Origin: Patescibacteria group bacterium
Lineage (GTDB): Bacteria > Patescibacteriota > Microgenomatia > UBA12405
Assembly (NCBI GenBank): GCA_050943115.1
Contig: JBMNON010000006.1
Coordinates: 963 to 64,962, forward strand
DNA: 64,000 nt
Direction: 5' to 3'
Shown piece by piece: positions 18,276 to 30,800 of the stretch (within the stretch, counting starts at the first letter, position 1; each line of letters opens with the position of its first letter). The notes below the pieces were generated by a model. That model was not told the DNA's origin. It searched no databases and worked only from the letters and a program-made list of their open reading frames with translations. The position numbers were made by a program, and so were the translations under genes.

Positions 18276-19534
18276 CTATTACCAAAAACAAACTGCTCCA
18301 AGTCCTTGACTCCACCAAAACTAATACGGTCAGGAACTAAGCCGGAGGTGTCTATCATCCTGGCCGGAGTAATAATAAAATCTCCCCATTTTTCGTTGAT
18401 CTTATCCAGAGCAGAAGTCAGATGGGATTTTTTGTTAATATCACCAAATAGATCCAGCTGGAGAGACGGATCGCGGGAGAGGTTAAAACAGGATACGGAA
18501 AGATTGGCAACCGGAAAACGATAGGGAGACTTGAGTAAGATTTTAAAAGCTCTTTTGTAGATATCGATAGAATCAAAAAGATCACGGTCAAGGGTAGTCC
18601 CCTGATGCCAAAAGGAATGGTTTTTGTAGAGAATGGCAACATGGATACCGCGGGCACGATAGCCGGTTTTCCTCATGCGGCTGCCCAGTTTCTGGACTAG
18701 TTTGTGAAGAATGGGAGATAAATCCTGAGGAGTAGAGGCGCTAACGGGTAAGGAGTACATGTGACCAAAACTTTTACGGCCCAGTTCGACGTCATCAATC
18801 TCCCAGCCACGAAGGCGAAGATACCAGTAATAGGCAGTAACGGAGTGAAGGGCTGATTTGATATGACTAATCGAGGCATTATAAAAATCCATGACAGAGT
18901 AAATAGAGACTGAATTGAGACGGGCAGTAAGGTTGCGATCAATGCCATGAAGATCGGGCAGAGAAAGCTTCTGATAAATTTCCTGAAAATTGAAAACATC
19001 AATGGTATTCAGACCATCAGGCTTTTTTAGATTCGAAGCGATTTTGGCAAGAAAACGATTGGGGCCGATACCGATAGAAACAGTCAGCCAATCCCCTATT
19101 TCTGATTTAATCCTTTGTTTGATTTCTAGAGCGACAACTTCCATACCCTTGGCAAATCCGGGAAAACCTTCAAGGTCGATGATAAATTCATCAATGGATT
19201 TGGGAATTACTACATTGGTGTACTGATTAAGCAAGTTTTTCAATTTAATGTGGACATGGCGGTATTTCCAGGGATCAGTGCCAAGAACTATCAAGTCAGG
19301 ACAAAGGAGCTGGCCTTCCCTGACCCTCATACCAACCTTAACACCCTGGACTTTGGCTTCGACGGAGGGAGCCAGAATACAGCCGGAAGGAGTAGTGTAG
19401 GCAGCTACAGCAACGGGCCTACCCCGAAGAAGAGGGTTGGCTTGTTGTTCAATTGAGGCAAAGCAGGAGTTGAGATCAATGTGCATAATAGTGGGGATTT
19501 TGGAGTTAAAGGGCAAATTAACCGGGTAAGCCAT
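18272..19534 (-). CDS. dinB: Y-family DNA polymerase IV
   Basis: HIDLNSCFASIEQ, S.EAK..GVK.GM, SIDE, NRFLAKIAS..KKPDG. Confidence 0.93.
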   Translation of the reverse strand: MAYPVNLPFNSKIPTIMHIDLNSCFASIEQQANPLLRGRPVAVAAYTTPSGCILAPSVEAKVQGVKVGMRVREGQLLCPDLIVLGTDPWKYRHVHIKLKNLLNQYTNVVIPKSIDEFIIDLEGFPGFAKGMEVVALEIKQRIKSEIGDWLTVSIGIGPNRFLAKIASNLKKPDGLNTIDVFNFQEIYQKLSLPDLHGIDRNLTARLNSVSIYSVMDFYNASISHIKSALHSVTAYYWYLRLRGWEIDDVELGRKSFGHMYSLPVSASTPQDLSPILHKLVQKLGSRMRKTGYRARGIHVAILYKNHSFWHQGTTLDRDLFDSIDIYKRAFKILLKSPYRFPVANLSVSCFNLSRDPSLQLDLFGDINKKSHLTSALDKINEKWGDFIITPARMIDTSGLVPDRISFGGVKDLEQFVFGNS

Positions 19535-19778
19535 CGGAAACCTCCTTGAGACGCCAGAATAAGTTATCAGTATCAAGAATCAATCGGAAAAAGATATTGT
19601 CGGCAGACACCGAGAAAACATGGTAAAGGGTTCGGCCTGAACGGTAAGTGTGATGATAGCCAAGTTTTTTGATGAGATATTGGCGGCCATCCCAGATAAC
19701 GGTGACGGGCAAAACCTGGCGGGTTTTATGATTAAATTCGAGGGAGACGGAAACCGGCACGTCGATAATCTGAATCAT
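19518..19778 (-). CDS. Small beta-rich protein translationally coupled to dinB
   Basis: 86 aa, overlaps the dinB start; P..VIWDGRQY...FSV.....FRL..D....W.L pattern. Confidence 0.7.
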   Translation of the reverse strand: MIQIIDVPVSVSLEFNHKTRQVLPVTVIWDGRQYLIKKLGYHHTYRSGRTLYHVFSVSADNIFFRLILDTDNLFWRLKEVSDGLPG

Positions 19779-19783
19779 AGTTT

Positions 19784-19812
19784 AGTTATACCCGAATAAA
19801 ACCCGAAGTCAA
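19784..19812 (-). promoter_or_regulatory. dinB-operon promoter with direct-repeat operator TTCGGGT-TTTA-TTCGGGT, candidate SOS box
   Basis: The repeat fills the spacer between TTGACT and TATAAC, and is 21/24 identical to the element at 3567-3590. Confidence 0.7.
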
Positions 19813-19929
19813 TGAAGCAAAAGCAATTATTACCTTCTTCTTACAAATTGCCAACACATTTCATATTTGGTTTTTTTATCCTATTTTTAGACTAAAGTAA
19901 GCTATTAGTAATTCAACAAGGAGAATTTT

Positions 19930-20367
19930 ATGGATAGAAACGATGATGTCATGAGAAAAGTCGGATTAGCATTTTTGGCAGGCGCGGCCACGGGCTGGCT
20001 TGTCAGTATATTTATGCCCGAAGACACCAGAAATAAAGTAAAAAATGAAATTGAAGACAAGACCAGTTATCTTAAGAAAGTGATGACAGACCCGGAAGAA
20101 AGAGAAAGGATTAAGGATGTTTTTAGTGAAAAGACCCAAAATACCAAAGAAAAGCTAGAGGATGTAAAGAACGATATTGCCAACAGATTAGCGGCTTTAA
20201 AGGGCGGTGCCCAAGATATTGATAAAAGGAAATATATGAGGGCAGTTCAGGATAGCATCGAGGATATGAGGGAGGGAAATATACTACCGGAAGACGAGCT
20301 AAACCGGCTTCGCGATTATCTGGAGGGAGACTATGAAAGAATCAGAAGAAGAATGAGGAGGGCTTAA
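19930..20367 (+). CDS. YtxH-like stress protein
   Basis: N-terminal FLAGAATG..V.IF.P...R helix followed by a charged coiled coil. Confidence 0.7.
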   Translation: MDRNDDVMRKVGLAFLAGAATGWLVSIFMPEDTRNKVKNEIEDKTSYLKKVMTDPEERERIKDVFSEKTQNTKEKLEDVKNDIANRLAALKGGAQDIDKRKYMRAVQDSIEDMREGNILPEDELNRLRDYLEGDYERIRRRMRRA

Positions 20368-20631
20368 ATGAGCCTACAGGAAATGTTTTACCTCCTAGGG
20401 ATAATTTACATGTCTTTCTGGATTTTATTTTTAGTGTTTCTGGCTATTGCTGCTTACAAACTTAAACAGTCCCTGGATGAAGCAAAATTTGAAATCGAAA
20501 GGAAAAAAGCTCAGGCAGAGAATTATTTAAAGAAATTAGCTAATGCTAAGGTTTTAGGGGTGCTTCCGATAGTCCCGGTTGCTGGATATTTTGCCAGAAA
20601 AATTTTTAAGGGAATTGCCAAGAAAATATAA
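20368..20631 (+). CDS. Small membrane protein
   Basis: N-terminal TM plus coiled coil; abuts the upstream gene. Confidence 0.7.
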   Translation: MSLQEMFYLLGIIYMSFWILFLVFLAIAAYKLKQSLDEAKFEIERKKAQAENYLKKLANAKVLGVLPIVPVAGYFARKIFKGIAKKI

Positions 20632-20646
20632 ATTGACCTTTGTTTT

Positions 20647-21832
20647 ATGAGCGGAGGATATAAGAAGATAATGCAACAACTGTTTGAAGTGGAGAATAAA
20701 TTATCAGGCAAGGAGTACTTATTATCGATTTATTATCCAACATCGGGCTTTAATAAAGAAAGAGTAAAATTGGAGCTAAAGTCTTTTATCCTGTCCAATT
20801 TCAGAAGGGAGAGTAACTGGCCAAATTTAAATAAACTACACCACCAAATCGTGGAGGGAATTAGCGAGAATATCAATTACTTAGAAAAAGTAGATAAGGG
20901 ATTGGCAATTTTCCTCAAATTTAACCCCAAAGAACTGAAGAAAGGCAGACAGCAAGAAATCGGCGAAGAAGATATATATATCAATATTGGGAAAAGAGCC
21001 GGAGGAGGAGTTTTTTGTAGGAAAAACTTTTAATTACGACCAGTTGCTTTGGCAGGAATATAGGGCTGAGAATGTTCTGCTTTTGAACATTAAACCGGAA
21101 GAAGCGAATGTATATAAGCTGGAAAACGGAGAGCTGGATAGAATTGAAAGTATGAAAAATTCTTTTGTTTCGGATAGGGAAAATGAGTATTTGGAGCGGT
21201 TTTCCCCCACCGGTTATAAAAACGTGGTTCATGGAACCGGTTCTGATAAGTGGAAAAGGGATTTGGAAGATAGAATTGTCGGCTTTTTAAACCAGATTAT
21301 AGAAGCCATAAGAAGAGGGGATAAATATGATGGTGACTATAACGGTTTGGTGATAGTTTATTCCGACAATGTTAAAGATGTGATTAAAAAACTGGTGGAT
21401 GAGCTGGTAAAGATTATGCCGACATTTGACAAACCAATACTTATTAACAAAAATATCCCCAATGAAAATCAATTGAAAGAAGAAGTTATCAGGGCGATAG
21501 AAGATCACAAGAAAAAGAATAAGATGGAGTATCTGACCTGGGTGATGGAGGAGGACCGGGATAACTTTGTTGAGGGATGGAAAAGTGTTTTGAAAGAATT
21601 GAGAAGGCAAAAAATTGAGACATTGTTTTATAAGGAAGGATCTAGCAAACAAGGTTATTTGATGGATGAGGAGCTGCTTTATTTAAATCCAGTAGAGGGA
21701 GCGAATAATTTAAGGAGGTTGAATAATATTGCACCGTGGCTTCTTCGAAATGTTCTAGAGTACGGTGGTAAAGTAATGGTGTTTGATAGGGAAGAAGAAG
21801 TGCCGGAGGTGGCGGCTAGGATCAGATACTAA
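20647..21832 (+). pseudogene. Bacterial archaeo-eukaryotic release factor (eRF1/pelota-like, baeRF) split by a frameshift at an (AT)5 tract
   Basis: ORFs 20647-21033 and 20987-21832 join in frame if one AT is added at 20972-20981. The C-terminus (G...V...L....IETLF...GGKV.V...VAARIRY) is eRF1 domain-3-like. There is no GGQ motif. Confidence 0.7.
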
Positions 21833-21833
21833 T

Positions 21834-24800
21834 TTAGGAAGAAGCTTTTACATTGAGGCTTCTCTCCTCCACCAAGCGCCGGCGCAGGGAAAAGACAAAG
21901 AAGATGAGGACCAGGAAGTTGAGGGCCGAGGGATAAAGCAGGTAGGAGTAGGCCACGGAGACGATAGCCAGGAGGGTGAGGTGGGAGTAGTAGCGCCGGA
22001 GGAAGGCATCGAGGTGAGGCAGGAGACGGTCGAGAAGACGGGGGCGGGACTGGGGCCGGGCGGTTAGCTCCAAATTAAGTTCCAGGCGAGTGGCCTTAAA
22101 GAGGAGGGGCTGGGTCAGGGGTGAGTAGTTAGCCTTTTTGACGGTCAGGGTGTAGGAACCGGGAGCCGGATTGAGAGTGTAAAAGCCGGAGGCATCAGTC
22201 AGAGTGGAGTAAATGCGGGAGCCGGAAGTCAGGGTGACGAGGGCTTTGACCAGGGGCTGGTGGCGGGCATCAGTCACCTTACCCCAAAGGAGCTGCTTTT
22301 GGCGCTTGAAGCCAAAGAAGAAGGAGACGGGAGCCAGGAAGAAGTAGAGGGTTTGCTGGAGAAGGAGGCGGAGACTAGTCCAAAGAGACAGGGAGGCGGA
22401 TGAGGCCGAGGACAGGGCCGACAGGCTGGTTTGGGCGGCTTGGGCCACCAGGTAGGCAGCCGAGGTAACAGCAGCGGCTTCGGAAGTAGTGGCAGCCACC
22501 TGACCCAACTGGGAGGCGACGGGAGTCTCCTGAAGCTGGTAGCGGGTGGAGTCAATGGTGGTGGTGATAGTCTGGAGAGTATGGGTCAGGGGTTGAGGCA
22601 GAGCGGCAAGCAGAGGCGGAGTTACTTCGGGGACGATCTGAGCCAAGGGCGGCTCAAGGCTGCCGGGAGGCACCTGGTTATCAGTGCCAACCAGAGCGGT
22701 GGTGGGAGTGGGCTGGCTGGAATCGGCCAGGGCAGTGGTCGGGGTGGCAGCCGAAGCCTGGGGGGCGGGAGTCAAACTATCAGTGGCGGCAATGGCGGAA
22801 GAAGTGGGAGTAGGCTCAGAGGCGGAAGTGGTAGGCGTGGGAGTGGAGGTGGCAAGAGGAGAAGAGGTCGGGCTGGCTTCCGGGGCGGGGCTGGTATCCC
22901 CTACTTTGGTAGTGGGTGAAGGCAGAAGAGAAGCGGTGGGAGTCGGGCTGGGATCGGGGGCGGTAGTGATAGCGGTAGGCTGGCTAAGGGGAGTGGGAGT
23001 GGTTGAAGTAATGGCGATGACAGAGCTGGTGGGCGAAGGTTGGGAAGGGGTTGAAGTCGGTTGACCGGGAGCTGGAGTGGCAGTCGGTTCTCCGCCGCCA
23101 ATGGCCGGAGTGGTGGTAGGCTGGCTAAGGGGAGTGGGAGTGGCTTGAGGCAGAGGGGTGGGAGTAGCTTTGCCTTTTTTGGCCAGATAAACTTTGGTAG
23201 CAAAGTCCTGGCGGGAAGAGACGGCCAGGGTACGGCCCTGGGAAGTGGCCTGATAGTAGTAGGTGGTGTCGGGGTTGAGATGAGTGAGAGTGACGATGTG
23301 GTTTTTGGTGAGGGTGTCGGAAGCTACCGAATAGGCCAGGTCGGTGGAGGCGGCAAAGTGAAGAAGAGTGGTGGCCGGGTGGTTGGTGGACCAACGGACC
23401 TGGGCGGTGGTGTCGGTGATCTTGATAACCCGGAGGTTTTTGATCTGGGTGGAGTTTTTGGCCAGCCAGGTCTGGGCCTTGTCGAGGATGTTATCCTTTA
23501 CGGCCTGGGAGACTTTGGCGGGAAGTTTAGTGAGGGTGTCGGTAATGGTGTCAACGATGTGGCTGATGTCAGCGCCACTTCTCTTGGCAATGTTTTTGAT
23601 GGTGTCGGCAATGGTTTGGGCCAGGGAGTTGGCTTTCTTTTCGGCCTGGGCCGGTTTGGCGGATTGGGCCTGGGCGATTTTTTGTTCGATGAGGGCCCGC
23701 TCTTCGGCGGTGGCCGAGGACAACTTGGTATCCAGGAGGGCCTGAAGGTCGGCCAGTTCGCCGGGGGTAAGGTTGAGGGCCAGGGTGGCAAACTGATGGC
23801 GAGCGTCATAGGTGTAGGTCTTACCGTGGGACATGACCTCGTAGTAGTAGGTGGTATCGGGATCGAGGTTACTGAGGGTGATGGTGTGGTTTTTGACCAG
23901 GAGATCGGACTGGACATCGGCACCGTAGTCGTAGGAGGCGCCATAGTTGACCTTGGAGGTTGAGGGGTGGTTGGTTTTCCAGGAGATGAGGGCAGAGTTG
24001 GTGGCAATTTTGGTGGCTTTAACATTGCTAATCTTGGTGCGGGAGTTTTCAAACCAGGTGTTAAACCAGGACTGGGCTGAGGAGAGGAGGGAGTCCTTGA
24101 AGGCCTGAGACAGGTAGGGAATGGAGTTGATAAGGTCAGTGAGGGCGCCCAGGAAACGGGCGGCCGGCTCCCGGCCCAAATCGGCCAGCTTTTTCCAGAT
24201 GTTTTTAAGGGTATCGACGGCCTTGGTAGCAAAGTTGTTCCAGGCTGATTCCTTGTTACTGTCCTTGGCTTTAACAATAGTGTCAGCTTTCTTTTGAAGC
24301 TGCTGCTTGTCCTGGGCGGAGGCCGAGGAGAGCTTGTCATCGATGAGGGTTTCGATTTGCTCTTCTTCCTGAGGGGTAAAGTCACCGACTTTGAGAGTAA
24401 AGGTGATGGTTTTACTGGTATTGCCGGCAGCGTCGGTGGCAACAAGGTCAAAGCGGTAGGAAGCAGGAGGCAGGGGTTCCTGGGGAGTAAAGCTGAAGGC
24501 GGCACACTTGTCGTCGGTCTGGAGGCTATTGTCGGTGACAGGGTCACCACTCTGGCACCAGGCGGCAGAGGCGGCCAGGTTAAGGGTGGCAGTGGAATGA
24601 AGGGAATCGAGCCAGTAGGGATTGAGGCGAGTGATGGAAAGCTCCAGGGTTCGGGGGCCGGCGGCAACTTTGGTGTTCTTGGAGTCACCCTTGAGCAGAT
24701 CCTTGATCTGACCCTGAAGGCTGGGCGTCAGGTTGGAAGTGGAGTAATCAGATTGCTTGGGGTCAAAGCTGAGGTTGTTGAGAGAGGTGAGAGTCAGGAG

Positions 24801-27800
24801 GGGGTCGGTGGTATCGACAAAGACGGTTTTGGAAGAGGACGGCTGGCCTTGGCTGGTGTTGGTCTTGAGGGTGTAGTGGCGGGCGCCTTCCTTGAGAGCG
24901 CCCTTGTTTTGATTGCCGGTCCAGGCCGCGGCATCGTGGGTAGTCAGGGTAACAGTATTGTTGTCCTCGGTGCCATCGGAGAAGCCGGAGTAGCGGGCGG
25001 TGTATTTATCCTGGCGGTAGTCGGAGGTGCCGGAGGCGGGAATGCCAGTTAAACTCCAGTCACCCTTGGAACCATTGTCAACTTCCAGATCAAAGGAGGA
25101 GATACCATGGGCCGTGTCAGAGGACAAGGTCCAGGAGAAGGCCGGACGGGAGGAGTTGGTGTAGGAGTGGTGGGCGGGAGAGTCGAGGGAGACGGTAGAG
25201 ACGGCGGGAGTGGGAGTCGGGGTGGGAGTAGGAGTGGGAGTGGAGGTGGGGGTAGGAGTAGGAGTGGTGGAGGGAGCCGGAGGCTGGGAGGGGGTGGTGG
25301 GAGTGGGAGTGGGAGTGGGAGTGGAGGTGGGGTCGGGGGTTGGAGGTTGCGGATCAGTGCCGGCAACATCACCAATATTGAGTGTTGTAACCGAATACAT
25401 ACCCAAATCAGCATTAACAGGGTTACTTAAGCTTAGGAAAAGAGTTTTGGGAGTTTCGGGTTCAGGATTAAGAATAGAAACGGGTATGGTAGCGTAATAG
25501 GAATCGGAGGGGATAGTGGCAGTACCGGAAGTAAGAAGATAGTCAACCCCATTCTCAGCCGTACCACCAGTAATCTCATAATCGACAGTAACGGGTGAAG
25601 CAGATTTGCCGTTTTGAAGGATTAATTTGATGTCTGTCTCCCCTACTCCCTGAGGAGAAGCAGTATAAGGATGGGCAAACTCAATACGGGGAGGAGCCGT
25701 ATTGCCTATACCATCGCCAAAAGTAGCAAATGAATATTGGGATACTTGGGCGGGCAAGATTTCACTAAATTCTCCACCTACATGAACAGTGTTGTTGTTT
25801 ATAAGAAGTTCATAAACATCACAATAACCATTCTCAGGGGACGGATCCCATGAAGTGGCCGCTCCCGGTGCTTGGATAACACAATCACTTTGCTCAACCA
25901 AAACTACATCATCCAGCCAGCCTTTGTCTTCACCTACGCTAGAGGAACTGTCTTTACCATACAGCCAAGTAAAAGTATGATCGCCGGCATCAATGTTATA
26001 GGTAAATTCCGCCCAATCGGCACTCCCGGAGATACGATGCGTATAGCTGGTTCGCGAACAGGAGGGATTGTTGTGGCAAAAAACAAGATAGTCATATCCT
26101 GACTCGGAGCTAACTTTCCATGAAAATGATAAAGAAGCAGCTTGATCCGCAGTGACATCATAGGAAAGCGATGAAGATTGATTATGGGTAATAACACCTG
26201 ACTCGGCAGACATAGCTCCATCAGATGAATAGGTAGAAGAATGAGACCAGAGCACATCACCACCGCTACTCCAATTTTCCGGGGGGAAGACGTCACCTTC
26301 AAAAGATTCGGCGGGTCCGAGAGGCTCCAGGGGAGGACAGGTGGTACCGACCATGGTGGGCAGGAAAACTTCTGCAGCACAATGCCTTGATTGGCCGCCA
26401 GCATTCATAAAGTAACCTCCGGCTAAAATGGAATCCCGGGTCAGGTCAATAGTATAGACCGTGCTATCAATTTGAGGATCCCATTCTACAGCTGAACCAT
26501 CTTCTGTACTGACTGCAACCAAATAATATTTGTCGTCCTCTTGGTTAAAATCGGGAAAGTCGCCAGCGATATAAAGAATATCTTCGCTTGCAGCCAAATC
26601 ATATACTCCATCGTAGTTGCCACCGGCATCACCGGGGTACCAACTATCAAGCTGACCCGAGGCGATATCAAAAGCAGCAATGTTATATCTGGTGTAGTCA
26701 TCAATATAACTAAAATCGCCGCCCACATAAAGACGCGACCCGTGGGGAAGAATTTTATTTACCAATCCCCAGACAGAAGGGCTCCAAGATGTGGGAATAG
26801 AGTTGCTTCCTTCAAAGGAAGCTAACCCCTCACGGTCATATCCATTAATTTTTTCAAAATATCCTCCGATATAAATAGTATCTCCGGCTACGGCAATGTC
26901 GTAAATATAATCATCAGAATAGGGACTCCAAGATGTGGTTTCACCACTGTCAACGTCTATGGCGCCAAGATAATTTCTTGTCTGGTTGTTTATTGATAAA
27001 AACTCTCCGCCAACAATAATGTCATTTCCTTTACGGGAAATGGCATTAACCATACCACGGACAACAGGTAACCAGGATTCGTCCACTCTGCCGTCGGGAC
27101 CAATTCTAACCAAATTGTTAACTATAGTGCCTCCCGCTGAATTAAAATCCCCTCCCATATAAACCCTGTCGCCGTCAAATGCAAAGCTGTTAACATTCAT
27201 GCCATATTCAATATGGGGTGCCCACGGTGTAAGCTGCCGGGTTGACAGATCAAAGGCAGAGGCACTATGTCGAAAGTCACCATTCATATCCCAATAAACG
27301 CCGCCGACATATAGCAGACCGTCGTTTATGGCCAGATTAACAGTCCAACCCCAATATTTGTTATAAGGACTCCAGTCACGGGCTTCACCCGTAGAAGCAT
27401 CTACCGCAGCTAATTTATACAGTTGACGACCGCCAATTTCGTTGAAATGACCGGCAGCGTAAATATCGGATTCATAAGCGGCAATTGAACGAACCTCGTA
27501 ATTTGGCGCCGGTTGAAAATCGGGAATGGCTACGCCGTTTAAATCAAAAGCTGCTAAATTTTTTATTGGGGTTGAGCCATTGACTGTGGCAAAAGTACCG
27601 CCTACGTAGATATTCCCGCTGGCACCAATATCTATTGTATTTACGATATAGCTGCTGATATTGGGATTCCAATGGGTAAGATAAACCGAGCTATCGACAC
27701 AGGGGTACTGTGTATATTCGTATACTCTAACATTATCAAGCCAACCTCTGTTTGCTCCCGTAGAGTACGTTGACGTTCTCTGGTGCTTCCAAGTGATGGT

Positions 27801-30800
27801 GTGTTCTCCGGCTGAAATTGGAACAAAAACCTCCCTCCAATCCTGGTTACCAGAGATTCTCTGGTGAATGGGCACGTCGGAATATGTACAGTCAGGGTTA
27901 TCAATACAATAGAACAAGTAACCTCCTGCGCTATAAGTACTTACTTTCCAATTAAACTTTAAAACACCATCTTTTGAAAGATTTACCGTGGTTTGCAGGT
28001 AGGATGTTTGGCCGTTTGAAATAACCGGTGACTGGGCTGATTGGCTACCATCAAAAGCTGAAGTGCCTATTCCCCAATTTAAATTGCCCCCGGTGATCCA
28101 GTTATCCGGAGGGAAAGTGACCCCTTCGAAGGATTCTTCTACTACCGTCGAGTCGTTGACACAGTCGGGGCATGAGGGAGTCCAGACCGAGGCTGCTCGA
28201 TTTCTTATGGCAGTAGTACCAACGGAAGCGGTTACTGAAGTAAAATATCCGCCCAAGTAAAGCTGTTTTCCGTCAGAGCTAAGTTTTAGACTTTTGATGT
28301 AACTATTTGTTGTCGGCGTCCATTCTGTTATTAAACTACCATCTGCAGCGTTAAGTGCGGCCAATCGACTTCTCGATTGGCCATCAATTTCAGTGAAATA
28401 ACCACCGACGTAAAGAATTGAATTATCGGGGCTAAGGGCTAAAGAATAAACATCATCGTTGGGGTTAGGACTCCAATCGGGATCAACCGAGCCGTCGGGA
28501 AGAACATGGATTAAGTTGATTATTTCACTTGGTGAGTAGTTAATGTGGTTGAACCAACCGCCAACGTACCAGCCCCCATTCCCATCCGGGACTATGGTGT
28601 AAACTGAATCGCCATAGCTACTAGGGTCATCTAAATGGGGAAAATTACCAGTTACTTTGCCTGTGTTTTTGTCGATAAGTGCGGCTTTCCCGGTAGCCGG
28701 AGCGAACAACTCGAACTCTCCACCAATATAGGTATAACCTTCCGATTCATATAAGGCTTGTGCTTCATAAACAAAACCACTTTCCTGTTCGGGTCCGCGG
28801 CCAAGCATGTAATTATGATTGGAAAATTGCATGGTAGGGGTCATGTCTGTCCCGGTCACAGGTAGGGGTATGGATGCAGCACTAGGTATGGGGGGCGGAG
28901 TAGGAGTAGCTGTAGGAGAAGGGGCTAGGGTTATTGTCGGCCAATAAATAGGATTGGAACAGTCAAGTTCGGATTCAGGTACATAATCATTAAACTGGGC
29001 TAAGCTTTTGCAGGAGCTTCCGTCAACGGTAATAAATTCACCTGCCAGAAATATTGTATTGCCAATAAATTTTGCAGTATTAATAGTGCTACTTATCGAT
29101 GGTTTCCAATCGGCAACCGAATAATCCGACATATTTATTATGGCCGCACGAGTAGCTCCAACCCCGGCAATATTCCAAAAAGAACCGGCAACGAGCAATT
29201 GTGATTCGTCAGAGTTAAATGACATGGATTTAACAGTACCGTTATTAGAATCGGAGACAGAATCCAATAAGTTACCGTCTGAATCTACCACAACAAAATC
29301 AGGACGGTACAGCCTGTTTACATGACTGAATTCTCCACCAATAAATATTTTAGAACCATCGGAGGTAGGTAGGATAGAGTAGACATAAGAGTCGGAGTTC
29401 CCGGATTCTATCGGGCCGGGGTACCAATCGTTGAGAGTACCGGTGGTGGCGTTAACGGATCCAATACGGGTACGGTATTCACCAGCCAAAGCTTCAAATT
29501 CACCACCGATATATAAATTATTGTTATTATAAGCTAGGGCGAGTACCCTGTCGGCAGCGTCAGGAGCCCAGTCAAGCAAAGAGTTGTCTGATGTGTCAAA
29601 AGCAGCTAAGCGATAACGAACTTGGTCCCCTACCCTTGTAAAATCTCCACCTACATACAAAACCGATTTATCATGATTAAACTCGAGTGTCCTAACGGTG
29701 CTATCTAGAAGAGGATTCCAATTTACTATAGTTTGAGAACAAACATCAAGGGCGGCAAGTCTAGAAAAATATTGAGGACCTTCAAAGCTAGTAAAAGAGC
29801 CGCCGACATAAACTATGTTATCTTTGGCAGCTATTGAATACACGTATGAAAAAGGATTTGGGGCCCAATCTTTGGCAGCTCCGGTGACGGCATCAAGAAT
29901 AGCAAAATAACGCCGGTAAACTCCACCTACCGATTTAAAATCACCGCCAATAAACAATTTGGAGGAATCCGGGTCGTAAAAAAGTTCCTGGACATAACCG
30001 TCAGCCATTGGGGGATTAATAATTCCTGAACCATCCGATTTATTTATAACAAAAAGATGGTTGAATATTATGCCAGTCCCAGTGGAGGCATTATCAAAAC
30101 GGCCACCGACATAGATTTTATCCCCGATGCTTTCAAGTGCATATCCGTAGAAGTAATTACTGGTTGGCAAGACTGGATTCCAGTCGAGTGTTTCTCCAGT
30201 CAGGCTATTAACAGCAGCGACCCTATTTCTAGAAAGACCACCAATGGTAGTAAAAGAACCGGTTAACCAAACTTTATCATTGTCATATAAAATGTCATAA
30301 ACATAACCATTTGGTGCCGGGTTGAAGTCAAGAGCAGTTGCCGTTGAAGTGTTAATGGCCGCAAAATAAGTCCTAAGTTGGCCTCCGATATTTATATCCC
30401 TAAAGTCCCCGGCTAAATAAATAACGCTATCGTCATTATTTAAGTCGATGTCAGCAATGTTATATTGATAAACTGAGCTTATGGGATTGAAGTCAGTGGG
30501 CTGACCTGACAAATCAATCTGGGCTAAACGATTACGGGTGACACCACGGATGGTGGTGAAATTTCCAGCTACATATATTAATTCTCCGGTACTATTGGTA
30601 GTAATTGCCCTAACGGTGTTGTTGGAGTTGGGGTTCCAAAGCCTGGCTAAACTGGTGCCGCCACCGCATGGATAACTTTCATACTCATAAATCCGGACAT
30701 TATCCAACCAGCCACGGTTGGCACTGTAATTCAAGGTCGAGGTTCTCTGATTCTTCCAGGTAAGAGTATGACTACCGGCGATAAGGGGAACGGTAACTTC

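Noticed and set aside
21783-25497. Many long overlapping ORFs (up to 396 aa) on both strands
   Set aside because: They are shadow frames of the GC-rich, low-complexity part of the giant gene and show no recognisable motifs.
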